A stretch of DNA of 64,000 nucleotides from Trichinella spiralis. Its lineage: Eukaryota. Position numbers and translations under genes: made by a program. The stretch is taken from contig NW_003526944.1 in the NCBI RefSeq assembly GCF_000181795.1, forward strand, positions 4,868,479 to 4,932,478, read 5' to 3'. Below the pieces are notes generated by a model. That model did not search any database. It worked only from the letters and a program-made list of their open reading frames with translations, and had not been told where the DNA came from. This document shows positions 50,327-63,084 of the stretch, piece by piece (position 1 is the first letter of the stretch; every line of letters starts with the position of its first letter).

Positions 50327-52918
50327 AATCGCGAGCACGAACATACACCCAAAGTCACGCGTGACGCGGGAGCAACGCGCTCAAGCGTTGGGCAAATATC
50401 AAATTTCGTGGATGCACCATCTGAGTTACAAGGTTTATATATTTCTTTTTTCAAATTAAATTGTTTAAAATAATTGTTCATTGGTTTTTCAGGTTTGAGT
50501 GGATCAGGAAAGACGACAATTTCATTCGCATTGGGAAAAAAGTGCTATGATCCGTCGGCTTGCCTGCTTATGGCTTGGACGGTGACAACATGAGACATGG
50601 GATTTGCAAAAATTTAGGCTTCTCTGAAGAAGATCGAGAAGAGAACTTTCGTCGAGTAGCAGAAGTGGCGAAACTGTTTGCAGATCTAGGCATCATCGCT
50701 CTCGCTTCATTTATCAGTCCATTTGAAAGAGTAAGCTGTTGTTGTTGTTGTTTATTGGTTTCATCAAGTCGATTGGTTTCAGGATCGTCGTAGAGCTCGT
50801 AAAATACACGAGGATAGTGGTTTAATATTTATCGAATGTTTCATTGACACACCGTTGGAAGTGTGCGAACGTCGCGATCCCAAAGGATTATATGAGAAAG
50901 CGCGTGTTGGGAAAATTTTGGATTTTACCGGCATTGATTCGGCTTATGAAGTTCCAGAGAATCCAGAACTGATTTTACACGCTGCCGAAGAGACGGTCAT
51001 TCAGTGTGTACAAAGAGTATTACAGTATCTGCACGAACGAGTAAGCAGAGTTGAATGAAAATTGTTAATATATATATATATATATATATATATTAGCATA
51101 ATTGTAATGCCCGTTGCAGGGAATTTTCCCAGACGAAGCGTTGATGCGCCTCGGTGGCAAAGTGCGTGAATTGTTTGTCGACGAAAGCGAACGACTCAGA
51201 CTGGAGGCAAGCTTGTCGCAGATGCCGAAGCTGAGCTTAGAAAAGGTGTAAGGATATTGTTCTGATTGTATAACATCGAACGCCATGTTCTTTCCTAGAT
51301 CGACCTGCAATGGCTGCAGGTATTGTCTGAAGGTTGGGCGACACCGTTGTCCGGTTTCATGACCGAAACGCAATATTTGCAAACGTTGCATTTCAATCAG
51401 CTAATTGAAGGTAATTAATTAATTAATAATTATTTGAAAATTTAATTATTTCTAAATTTTCAGAAAATACAATCAGCCAATCGATTCCAATAGTACTGCC
51501 TGTAACCAGCGAAGAGAAAGCGAAGCTAGAAAATGCCGATTTGATCGCACTTTGCTACGACGGACACACGATGGCCATTTTGCTGAAGCCAGAATTTTAC
51601 CCGCATCGTAAAGAGGAACGATGTGCCAGACAATTTGGCACCTGTCATCTTGGCCATCCGACGGTGAAGGTAAATGATGAAATGAAATTATTCTCACGGT
51701 TTGTGTTTTCAGCATGTTCGGGATTAATGTTGAAAATTTTTTGATGAATTTTAAATTTGTGTCATTTTTCAAGATGATCATGCAAGCCGGCGATTGGTCT
51801 AGTTGGCGGATAAGTGAAAACTTTGAAACCTATAAAGTGGAACGACGGTTTGGAGCAGAACCGTTTGNNNNNNNNNNNNNNNNNNNNNNNNNNNNNNNNN
51901 NNNNNNNNNNNNNNNNNNNNNNNNNNNNNNNNNNNNNNNNNNNNNNNNNNNNNNNNNNNNNNNNNNNNNNNNNNNNNNNNNNNNNNNNNNNNNNNNNNNN
52001 NNNNNNNNNNNNNNNNNNNNNNNNNNNNNNNNNNNNNNNNNNNNNNNNNNNNNNNNNNNNNNNNNNNNNNNNNNNNNNNNNNNNNNNNNNNNNNNNNNNN
52101 NNNNNNNNNNNNNNNNNNNNNNNNNNNNNNNNNNNNNNNNNNNNNNNNNNNNNNNNNNNNNNNNNNNNNNNNNNNNNNNNNNNNNNNNNNNNNNNNNNNN
52201 NNNNNNNNNNNNNNNNNNNNNNNNNNNNNNNNNNNNNNNNNNNNNNNNNNNNNNNNNNNNNNNNNNNNNNNNNNNNNNNNNNNNNNNNNNNNNNNNNNNN
52301 NNNNNNNNNNNNNNNNNNNNNNNNNNNNNNNNNNNNNNNNNNNNNNNNNNNNNNNNNNNNNNNNNNNNNNNNNNNNNNNNNNNNNNNNNNNNNNNNNNNN
52401 NNNNNNNNNNNNNNNNNNNNNNNNNNNNNNNNNNNNNNNNNNNNNNNNNNNNNNNNNNNNNNNNNNNNNNNNNNNNNNNNNNNNNNNNNNNNNNNNNNNN
52501 NNNNNNNNNNNNNNNNNNNNNNNNNNNNNNNNNNNNNNNNNNNNNNNNNNNNNNNNNNNNNNNNNNNNNNNNNNNNNNNNNNNNNNNNNNNNNNNNNNNN
52601 NNNNNNNNNNNNNNNNNNNNNNNNNNNNNNNNNNNNNNNNNNAAAATGCAATTTTCATTACAACGCAGATTTGTTCCATGACACCCGGCCTTGGGTGATG
52701 TGGAAATTTTACCATCAAAGTGGCTGCCTATAATAAACGAACGCAACAGATGGATTTATTTCGATCCCAGTCGAAAAGAGGAATTCGATTTCATCTCCGG
52801 ATCGAGGATGCGAAAAATTGCTCGAGAAGGTGCCCAACCGCCGGACGGATTCATGGCACCCAAAGCTTGGGAAGTTCTTGCCAACTATTATCGCAGCTTA
52901 CAAAATACTGTACAATAA
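50327..52918 (+). CDS. PAPSS: Bifunctional PAPS synthase (APS kinase + ATP sulfurylase); 5' end missing, middle in a gap, indels near the gaps
   Basis: P-loop [95 protein letters not shown]-terminal [29 protein letters not shown]. Confidence 0.96.
51868..52642. other. Assembly gap (775 N) inside PAPSS
   Basis: N run. Confidence 1.
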
Positions 52919-53647
52919 TAATCTACAAAAGCAAAGCAATAAGAAGAAAAAGAACACAAGCATTAAACATATGAAAGCATGATTGAGAAACTTTATCACA
53001 TCGATTCGATTGTTTTTTTTTGTTTTTCTGGTAATATGATTTGGTTCTATATCCGTGCCTGCCTTTTTTTCTTACAAGAAATGTTTTACCAAATTTTATC
53101 ATATATCTTGGTACAGTTTCATTCATTGTTCGTTATGGATGTGTTTATATTAAAAATTATCACGATAATCTGTAAATTTTGATTTTATTATTTCGTTTCT
53201 TTCGTGTTAACTTTAACCTGCGCACAGTCCCTTTTTGAAACTGGGAAACACAGCCAATTGGAAAAAAATCAATAATTCTTGAAAATAAGTTTGATACAGT
53301 ATGCTTGACAGAAAAAGTATACGATATTCAAGGTTTACATTTGCAATTATATACTACAGTTGAGCAAAATAATGGAAAATCACAAATAAAAAAGATCGAA
53401 TTTTGGACGGATATTTTCTTTTATTTAGCATAAATGTCTAGTGAAACAAAAAAATCGCCACTGAAGGACACGAAAATACTAAAAAAACAAAATGGAGCGA
53501 GACACAGTGAGCCAATTTATTGTACAAGTTTGAAATTTGAAAACTTATCAATTGCCCCATTTGAAAAAATCAATCCTATGCCAGACGCAAAATGGAACTT
53601 TGAAAAGTAAAAGCAATAAATAATTGAACAAAAAGAGAAATAAGTTC

Positions 53648-54763
53648 TTACGCTGTATTGGCAGTGTAAATGATTTTGTAGCCGAATTTTTCACTTCTGC
53701 TGCTCGTCTGCGGCTTGGCACAAGTACAGCTTACCGGCAAGAAGAGAAGCACATTTTGGCCGGGCTTGACGTCGGTGAGCATGTCGAGCTCGCAGTCGAC
53801 CAGGTTCGGATCTCGTTCCAGAACGTCCAAAGGCAAAAATGAGTGCAATTTCAGCCGGCTCAGCGGTTCGCAATGTTCGTGGATGTGCACCAGAAGCGCT
53901 ATTGTGCAAGTGTCGCATTCTGGCCGTACAGCTTCGGTATGTTTGGGCGCCAGCCGTGGATGGACGACGTCTTCAACATTTGCAATAAGCTGTTGTTCTT
54001 GCTGCTGTTGTTGTTGTTGTTGTTGTTGCTTGCGTTTAGCTTTGATGGGAATTTTGACTTGGAAAAAATGCATTCTCTGTATGTGCCTTTTCAGCTGAAT
54101 GCTGTCGACGACCTGCTCACAGTGGATGCAGACTCGCTTGCCGGGCTCCAACTGCTTGGGAGAACCTGGAACTCGTTGCTCTTTGTGCACTCTTCTGCAA
54201 TGCCGTTCCACTTGTACCCGTTGACCGAACAACTGTCGACAGACCACACATTTCCAACGCAGGCGACCATGCTGCGATTGGTAATGGATTTCCAGCACGA
54301 ATCTCCTTCTGAATGCCATGTTGCAGTAGCAGCAGACGAAAGTCCGCTTACCGCTGTGCCACTGGATGTGGTTGTCGAACTGTTGTCTGGTGGAAAAATT
54401 AGTCCTGCCACAGATTTTGCATCGATAATTGGGCTGGTCGGTCGAAACGCCGGCACCGCTGTGCATCACCTTGCAATGGCGGTGACGTTCGTATGCGGTG
54501 CGGAACAGTTTCAAGCAGACCAAACATTTGAACCATTTTTCGGCAGATGACGACGAACTCGACATGTGGAATCTTTCCACGTGACGGTCCAGATGTGGTT
54601 TTTGCTTGAAAGCGAGCTCGCACTGCTGACACTGATATGGACGTTGGTCATTATGACAAAGCATGTGACGAAGAAGATGACTGCGCCGGGCGAACGCCTT
54701 CTTGCACAGTTTGCACTGTTTCTCATTTGTGCCCTCACTTTCACCACTTTCCTGCTGGTCCAT
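53648..54763 (-). CDS. Intronless C2H2 zinc-finger protein (about 7 fingers) with a poly-Q tract
   Basis: Fingers: CKLC..HMLCH, CQQC..HVERFH, CLVC..HCKVMH, CKIC..HIQWH, CCYC..HYQSQH, CVVC..HCRRVH and CIHC..HIQRMH. Linkers are NDQRPY and SGKRTF. The first ATG is at 54763 (MDQQES); the ORF is open to 54820. Confidence 0.92.
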   Translation of the reverse strand: MDQQESGESEGTNEKQCKLCKKAFARRSHLLRHMLCHNDQRPYQCQQCELAFKQKPHLDRHVERFHMSSSSSSAEKWFKCLVCLKLFRTAYERHRHCKVMHSGAGVSTDQPNYRCKICGRTNFSTRQQFDNHIQWHSGKRTFVCCYCNMAFRRRFVLEIHYQSQHGRLRWKCVVCRQLFGQRVQVERHCRRVHKEQRVPGSPKQLEPGKRVCIHCEQVVDSIQLKRHIQRMHFFQVKIPIKAKRKQQQQQQQQQQEQQLIANVEDVVHPRLAPKHTEAVRPECDTCTIALLVHIHEHCEPLSRLKLHSFLPLDVLERDPNLVDCELDMLTDVKPGQNVLLFLPVSCTCAKPQTSSRSEKFGYKIIYTANTA

Positions 54764-55610
54764 CGTCGTGAAAATACCAATACCCTCCTTCACAGTGGTA
54801 TTGAAACGTTTATTCCACAAAAATTATCACATAACATATCGAAATATAAACACATCACAAATACTTGTCTGTAAACTTTTTCAATCGATCAATATCATCA
54901 GCAACACTTTTCAACTTGAAATTGAAAGAAAACTAAAATTGTACAAAAAGAATTCGTGTGATTTACTCAGTTAATTCGAACTAGCTGTTGTTATACATGG
55001 TAAATATTTTAAATGTTAAAATTTTAAAAACAATTGAGAGATTAATTAATTTTCACTTACGTAAATTTTAACAACTGCTATTAACTGTTCTCAATTTGTA
55101 ATAAAAGGGAGAAAAAATTGTTTAAAACATTTATTACAATGTTTACTGTAATACAGTAAGATACCACTTTGTGTGACTTTGCTGTCATGTTATTAAACTG
55201 GCTACGCAATGAAGTTGCTAAATTTTTCAATCTACCATTTATAAGAATAAATTTCTGCCAACTCAAACAATTAATAAATATAAAAGATGAAAATCAAGTA
55301 GAATTTTGTAATTACATTTACAGCATGATTATACGTACTAGTAGAATGTTTACTTTGTATTATTGAAATGTAAAAATTTTTTAAATTATCTTCAATTTAC
55401 CTAACCGTACGTTTGTGTATCATTTCTGCTGTGGAAGTATATTTCGCTTTCACGGGAGAATGCATTGATCAACGGTGAAAATTGAACGTATTGATTACAA
55501 GTATTGAAATTAATCAAACAATTCAAAATGTATAATTTTCAAATGAATACTTGAATTTTAATTGGAAAATAGGACAACATTTCAATTTATTGTCTATAAG
55601 AATAAATTTA

Positions 55611-58085
55611 TTAATATTTCGTCACTACTCCTTGATCGTAAATAAACGATTGACCAGCTTTCAGTTTTGGATTAATCTCAAGTGGAACTAAAATTGGATA
55701 AAAGACTACAAGTGCAATCATTGCTGATAATGCGAACACGATCGTCTCGATCCAAACAACCAACGGGCCACTGGTGGTGAATATTTTCCTTCAAAACAGT
55801 TTATCAAAAAGAAACTTTTACAATTGCATTTCACATACATAGTAACCACGGGACTGATAAGCCGCGCCAAACTTCCGGAAGATGTCAAGACGCTTTGCAA
55901 AGTTGCCTGAATAAAATTAAAATTTATTAAAGCGGTTTGAAATTTGCAATTAATTTTTCTCAACCAATCACCTGCTGTCTGGGTCCAATAACATTTGCAT
56001 ACAATGTTGATAATGCTACATTGACAGGAGGAAAGCCGAGGAAAATTCCCAGAACACCAATTACAAATGCATACAACGGAACCACCTTGGTCCACTGACA
56101 CCACACAAACTGGCTGTCACAGCCGACCCGGACTNNNNNNNNNNNNNNNNNNNNNNNNNNNNNNNNNNNNNNNNNNNNNNNNNNNNNNNNNNNNNNNNNN
56201 NNNNNNNNNNNNNNNNNNNNNNNNNNNNNNNNNNNNNNNNNNNNNNNNNNNNNNNNNNNNNNNNNNNNNNNNNNNNNNNNNNNNNNNNNNNNNNNNNNNN
56301 NNNNNNNNNNNNNNNNNNNNNNNNNNNNNNNNNNNNNNNNNNNNNNNNNNNNNNNNNNNNNNNNNNNNNNNNNCCAACTTTGGAAGGCCAATTTGATCAG
56401 GCCAAAAATTCTTACGGCAAAGAGGCGGAGCCGGGGCGATTCAAAGGGATCCCCAGACCGCCAGAAAAATTAGACGACGACAATCGAATCTAAATCGATC
56501 TTACTTGTTGCATACGTATAATATGCAAATTTAGACAAAATGCATACCTGTGAAAGTAGAATACATACAAGATGTAGATGAGCACGGACAAAGCGGAACC
56601 GACACCAACCAGTATACTAACATACAAAGTGGCTTCTTCTCTGCTCCATTGAAAATAGATCATGCTGAGTGGTGTTGAAATTCTTAAACAATTCATTTGC
56701 ATAAAATTGCTTTAAGATGGAAAGAAAAAGGAAAACAACAAACGAACGAACGTGTCTAAATTGACGAGAACAGTGTACACACAAAACCAACACCAAATCA
56801 ACGCACCGACTGCCCATTTGCTGTACAACGGAATAACGTCTAAGAAGTCTAAAAAGTAATTTATTTCACTTGGACATTGTCATTTAAATTGAACAATAAA
56901 AAACCTGACAATCATTATGGTTAATGTCAAAAATTTGCATATGAAATATTTATTTTCTTTTTTCTTAAATGTGATTTAAAATTATTCCATTCCAAGAAAT
57001 CAATGGACAAATAAGAACGTCTGTGAAGTATTTTCATTGAAGTAGTTATTTTATCAGTATAAAAAAATAAACTTACTTGTTGTTTGATGTTCTTTCAGAC
57101 CGGCGTAGACTTCTTCAAAATTGAACCATATCAACGCGAAAGATAACATAAATAGAACATTGACAATGTAAGCTGGCGCAGTGTACAAGTTGAAATGAAA
57201 AACACTGTACACATATCCGGGGTAGCTGATGAATGATACTGCGGCTTGTAAAGCTGAAAAATGATACTTATTAATTATGAAATTAAAACGCATCAAATTT
57301 CACCTGGTCCAGCGATGAAGCCGAAAGACATGCAAGCAGTGGCCACCGATATGGCACGACCGCGTTCACTTTGTTTGCTTGAAACGGCCACGTAAGCGCT
57401 CGCAGTTCCGTTCATTCCTACGTTGGATACAGGCAAACATTAACCAGCATGCTAATTTTTGCGTGCAAAATTACCAGCAGCCAAACCCATAAACAGTCGG
57501 GCAATCAAGAGAACGAATCTTTGATTAGTTTGAAACAGCTCTGCGGAAATGTACATCGTATTGGCTATAATTGCTGTGACGATGCAAATCAAAAATATTG
57601 TCCGGCACTGTTTAGTCCGATTGCTCCAAAATCCCAACAAAGGAGCACAGACTAGCTGACCAAGACTGTAAGCGGATATTGTCCAGCCGAAGAACAGAGT
57701 TGTCGCTTGTTGATCAATCTAGAAAGAGATTTTCATTATATTAAAAAATCCATTTTGAATAATGACTGACTTTTTATTACTTGACTCATGAATGGCCAGA
57801 GTGATGAAAAATAAATTGAATATTGCAAACATTGAAGAAATAGAACATAATCGACAATGATCATGGAACGAATGCGGACGTGATTTGGCGTTTCTTCAAC
57901 ATTAAATGTAGAAATTTCTGGTGCCGAACCTTCGAATATTTTACCACTGCTGAAATGTCAACTTCAATTTGCTTATTTAAAAAATTAAAATATTATTTTC
58001 AAAAAATTCCTTACCAATGTGTAACGTTGGTACGATTTTTAGTGTTGCATACAAGCGTGGGAGAGTTCGAGCTTTTGGATACCAT
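55611..58085 (-). CDS. MFSD8: Major facilitator superfamily transporter, MFSD8/CLN7-like (multi-exon; gap inside)
   Basis: YFSSLWPFM; FFGWTISAYSLGQLVCAPLLGFWSNRTKQCR; LIARLFMGLAAG; AYVA; GFIAGP; FNLYTAPAY; GCDSQFVWCQWT; TLYANVIGPRQQ...SGSLARLISP; C-terminal Y-x-x-LVPL. Confidence 0.9.
56135..56373. other. Assembly gap inside MFSD8
   Basis: N run with low-quality flank to about 56490. Confidence 1.
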
Positions 58086-58825
58086 TTTCACAGCACAATA
58101 CTGAGACACACTAACAAAAGTTGGGAAAATTTTCGAAAAAGTAAACAGCCCAAATGTGAAAAATCTATTTCGGAAAACAACTTTCTACTTTGTCTGTTCA
58201 AACACACAAACACGAAGCTAATTATTCAAGTTTGTAGAAAAAAAGCCATTAAATAAAAACAATATGTTCAATATACTTTTGCAAATTATAGCAAGAATAT
58301 TGTATTCAGCTCAATGAAGACACTTATCAAATTTTGATCACATCTGAACAACAAAAATTTGAATTACACCACTGATTATATACAGTGTGGCCAACAACTG
58401 TATACCTACGTCATAACGAACCAATGATAAAAAGAAAATTTGAAAACTTTCGCGCCTTTCTGTGGGCAACGGCACGACTCATTTCAAAACATACTTCAAA
58501 ATTATTCTCAGCAATATAATGCATCTTTTCTAAAATTTTTCTATCAGCTTTTCGTAATGCAAATTGTATAGATAAAAATATTTGTTTATATTAACTGTTG
58601 ACATTTATTTATTTATTTATTACCACGTCTGCACATTTTGTAAGGAAAAAGTTTCAAATTCAAATCTAATCGACTGGTTGTTTACTTTTGTTAAAATAAA
58701 TGATAACGCAAAATGTGATTTGGTTGAAAAGGTGCCCATACAAGTTTATCTACCGTATATTTTTAATTGCAAACAATGAAATAAAAATCACGTGATAAGC
58801 TGATGAAAAATTCAATATCTAATGT

Positions 58826-59177
58826 CTATTCTTCATCTGTCAAAGTAAACCAGTATCCACAACGGCAACGTCGAGGAAAACCTTTACGAAGCCACATGTA
58901 GTGAATGTACAACTGGCTCGGTTCGCATATGCAGCCGATCAAACGGTTTTCAAACGCACTGGGCACCATGTTCGGTTGCTCTTTCGAGCCAACGCCCCGT
59001 TTGAAATAGGCCGGTCCAAAGTCGTAATCGCCACGAAGTTGGGAAATCAGCTCGGCACGCTGCTCGCCATAGATACCCTTCGATGGGATGTTGCATGTGG
59101 CTTGCGGCACGCTGAGCCGCGGTTTTGTGCAACGCGCGAACACCGCTCCAAGCGCCGACAAAAACTGTTTTAAGCAT
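58826..59177 (-). CDS. COX5B: Cytochrome c oxidase subunit 5B-like, intronless, with a one-base frameshift in a T-run after the ATG
   Basis: GSKEQPNMVPSAFENRLIGCICEP...YMWLRKGFPRRCRCGYWFTL is the COX5B Zn-binding domain with four Cys. The N-terminus is Arg/Ser-rich and acid-free, like a mitochondrial presequence. Confidence 0.88.
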
Positions 59178-59856
59178 CGTCAAACCCACTGGTCAATGTT
59201 CTAAAAAATTACAAAATATTTTTATTCAAATTTCACTTTTCACACAATCACACACAAAAACTAGAACGTTTGTTTTAAAAAAAATAACGCGTTCATAACA
59301 TTGAAATGACGTTACACTGATGTTGTTGTTGAATAACTAATAAAAGTTACTTAACGTCATTCTGAAATCAAATTCAAAATTTTCAAAAGCATCATCAATG
59401 AACACTTGAAACACCTGACCCAAAGTTTAAGTTCAAAGAAACATACATCGACAACAAAAGAAAACAATCAGAATTCTAAATTAATTACTTTGTAATAGTG
59501 AAAGCTTAAATATAAAAGTAAGAAATTTTTATTTATAAAAATACCTCAACTGCACAACTGTAAAATTTTTGAAACAGCAATTGAGCAATTAACTGAATAA
59601 TTGAACTTTTCACAATCGCAAATTAACTTACAGTAGGAATACAGTAATGTAAACATTGAAAGAACAATTGTTTATCGGATGCAATTGGTTTAAATTTAAG
59701 AATGAAGCTTTCTTCACTTTATAATCTTTTACTATTCTTCGAATTGACTCAGTAGGTGAAGGCGATTTGCATTAGAAATAAATGTTATCAAAAATGTTCA
59801 TTTCACTTCATTTTTTACTTTTCTCTCATCAGTATAAAAATTCAAAGTTTCATAAT

Positions 59857-60187
59857 TCAAATAATTAAATTTTTTATGTTCAGTGAGCAATTCAATATCT
59901 GAGATATAAGCTCTTGCTTCACAGACTCGGGTACAGCCTCACGAGCTAGGGGCAACCAATGCTGCTGCAAAGAAGTAAGCGACACCTTTCCTGAGCCTTC
60001 TTCCAACGCTTGACGAAAAATCTCACGCCACTGAAAGAATGAATTAAAAAATCTAGCTGCAGAACAATATTTCAAATACCTTCTCCTGTACACCGTATTC
60101 TTCCAAGCGAATACGAAGAATTTCGGCAAGAATCAAGTATTTTCCAGACTTACGCAATTCTTTTTCCAAATCTTCAGCTCTAATCAT
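59857..60187 (-). CDS. ENY2: ENY2/Sus1 (SAGA DUB / TREX-2 subunit)-like, 2 exons (60187-60080, 60030-59857)
   Basis: The spliced product MIRAEDLEKELRKSGKYLILAEILRIRLEEYGVQEK|WREIFRQALEEGSGKVSLTSLQQHWLPLAREAVPESVKQELISQI matches the ENY2 pattern L-x-x-x-G...LR-x-RL-x-ECGW...P-x-AR-x-x-VP-x-SVK-x-EL. Confidence 0.85.
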
Positions 60188-61045
60188 GTCGATGAACTGA
60201 CAAAGAAGGATTTTTACTTTCTAATTAATTTATCAATTTAAAACTTTTCCATCTTTTACAGGTTTATGTCTTTTCAAAACAGTTTTTCACAATTGAATAA
60301 TAAAAGAATAATCACTTAAATCTGACGGACAAGATAACCACATGAGGAAACATTAAATAAGCAAATTAAATATCATGTTAAATGTAAAGTAAATTAAAAA
60401 CTATAAACTTGAACTATAAATTAACTACAACTGAAATAACTGCTCGCCACTTGTCAGTGAAAGTAAATTTATAGGCTCTTCTTGGGATAAAATTTACTAT
60501 ACGCATACCTACATTCCTTATATACTAGAATGAATTATATTACCAAGAATTATAGCGAGCTTTCAATGTACTGTAACTCTGCCTTATAAAGTAATGCAGG
60601 TATTATTAAAGAGCAACTGCGCATACAGAATTCATTGGGCATACGCTGATTAGATAAATTTAGACAAGTTCGAACACATTTCTACCGCTTTCAGGTAGCA
60701 TCTATTTATAAGCACGGCATGACAACATGTGCTTATTAACCGACAAAGATACTGTAAAAAGCATTCAGCTATTTAAATTTATACATTTGACCCAAAAAAT
60801 GTTATGTTCTTTTAACTGTTTTTATAAAACAATAAAAAATATAGTGAATAAACGATGTTTTTGATCATTTCCACTAATTAATATAATCAATGTTCTAAAA
60901 ATACACACATTTTTATTTTATTAAAATTGGTCATCGAAAGCTGACAATATAGAACGACGAGCACTTGTTCAGACAGCACAAAAACTGTTAAATATCACTT
61001 TCACAAATTTCGAATTCGAAGATCATATATTTGCCAATAAATTTT

Positions 61046-63084
61046 TCAGCGTCGTTTTCTCAAGTCTGGATTTTCAGGAGGGCTGCTTTTCTAAAAACAT
61101 TGGTAACAGTCAATATCGGATTAAACTTCAGTTTTTCACAGCAATATGCCTTCAGCGTTTCTAACGAATAAATTCAATCATAGTAACTAGTGAAGTACTT
61201 ACAGTGGTGTTCTCCTCATTTGCGCCGTTTTGTCCTAAAATTAATTTTTAACAAAAATGAACATAAATTTTCAATCATTAACCAAAAAAAAATAATCACT
61301 ACCATTCGTCGGATAAGGTGGTGCAGTTGCACTGGGAGTTGGAATCGGCGGATAATTGAAACTAGTGGCAGCAGCTTCATACGGCGGTGGATTAGCCGGC
61401 ATAGCGGTATAAGCCCCACCTGCAGATGCGGTTGCGGGAGTGGAAACGAATAAACCGGTATACGGTGGGGGTGCCGAAGTGACAAAAACAACTCCCGCTA
61501 AAAGAATTCAATAAAAAGATTAATAAGTAAATCAGAAAAAAAACTGATTGAAACATTTACGTGGTGGTGGTTCAAATGCTTGATAAGGAATGTTCACTCC
61601 GTATACATTAGCAGATTGACACATATAATACGGAGGTGGCTGTTGAAATATATCACCGCCCACAGCAACGTATGGTGGTGGAGAATTGTAGCTGTTAACA
61701 TTTCGAGCTAAAATGGTATAGTATGCAAAAAATAGTAATAGGAAAGGTGAAAAAAAGATTTCTTACAAACTTCTATCGCTTGTAGCATAGCTTTACCGAA
61801 CTCTATGCAACCACCATGATTGAAAATTAATTTGAAATTAGCATCACCAGTCCAATTGCCATTCGGCTGCGCCATAACATCACCTGCCAAATAATTGGCT
61901 CCAAAAACGGGCTGCTCAAGCTTAACATCACGTAAGCAATGAAATGGAATCGAAAAAGACTGCNNNNNNNNNNGGGGGGGGGGCGCCCCCCCCCCCCCGG
62001 GGGGGGTGTATAATTCCCGGCGAAATATATATATAAAATGTGGGGGGCGCGCGCTTTTTTTTTTCGGGGGGGGGGTGTATTTGGGGCCAAAAAGGGATAT
62101 AACACCCCCCCCCCCCCAAAAGAGGTTTTTGCGGGGGAGGAAACAAAATTTAACCCGTTTTTTTCTTTTAATTCCCCCAAATTAAAACAAAAAACTTTTC
62201 GGGTAAAAAGATTTTTCTAAAAAAAAGTTTTTTTAGGGTTATTTCGGAAAAAAAAAACTTGTTTGAAACACTTTTCGGGGGGGGGGGTGTTAAAAAGCTT
62301 TAAAAAAGAGAAGGCCCCCCTCCGAACCCATGGCCGGATTGCCACAATTAAATTGGGGGGGGGGGGTGTGAAAATATATCCCCCCCCCACAGCCACGTAT
62401 GGTGGGGGGAGAAATTGAAGCTTGTTAACATTTTGGGGCTAAAAATGGTTTAGTATCCAAAAAAATAGTATTCGGAAAAGGGGAAAAAAAGATTTTCTTA
62501 CAAACTTTCTATCGCCTGGTAGCATAGCTTTACCGAACTCTATGCAACCACCATGATTGAAAAATTAATTTGAAATTAGCATCACCAGTCCAATTGCCAT
62601 TCGGCTGCGCCATAACATCACCTGCCAAATAATTGGCTCCAAAAACGGGCTGCTCGAGCTTAACATCACGTAAGCAATGAAATGGAATCGAAAAAGACTG
62701 CAGCGGATCCTTTTTACTTTCCGAAGTGAAAATTAACTGAAAAAGAGGAATTTTTATTTCTAACTTAATATTAATGACGCAATGGACAAAAGAAAAAGTT
62801 ACGCGATGAGTAGTCAAATACAGTGAACCTGATCTGTTACCATTCAACAAATTTTCTGCTGATTTCAATCGCAAATTCACTTGTTTTGTGTACAACAAAA
62901 CTCTAAAATATTCGGTAAAATTATGAGCAAAATTTAACAAAAACAGTTGAAATAATGACCGTCTATTTACAAAAATCTATTTGACTGCCATTTATTTATT
63001 TATTTAGTATTTAAATACTTACAGTTCACCATTGTAGAGTACAATTCCTTTACCGTCAGGTGTACGATCGACATTTACTGCCAT
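61046..63084 (-). CDS. WBP2: WW domain-binding protein 2-like (GRAM domain + PPxY motifs); locally mis-assembled
   Basis: MAVNVDRTPDGKGIVLYNGE; GSLYLTTHR; LQSFSIPF...LEQPVFGANYL; FKLIFNHGGCIEFG; then several PPPY/PPY motifs. The last exon reads KSSPPENPDLRKRR*. Confidence 0.92.
61964..62530. other. Gap (10 N) plus low-quality homopolymer-rich read tail and a duplicated WBP2 segment
   Basis: About 62320-62700 repeats about 61590-61963, decaying progressively into G/C/A/T homopolymers toward the gap. Confidence 0.9.

Noticed and set aside
50327..50560. Frameshifts and a stop in PAPSS 5' exons (FRGCTI*VT), and again at about 51790-51830
   Set aside because: All lesions cluster next to N-gaps while the internal exons are intact, so these are low-quality contig ends rather than a pseudogene.
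51714..52746. Long ORFs of 273-339 aa, and similar ones at 55960-56396
   Set aside because: Artefacts of translating N runs.
61974..62400. G/C-tract region suggesting G-quadruplexes or foreign DNA
   Set aside because: It grades into a degraded copy of the neighbouring WBP2 sequence, typical of a failing sequencing read tail.
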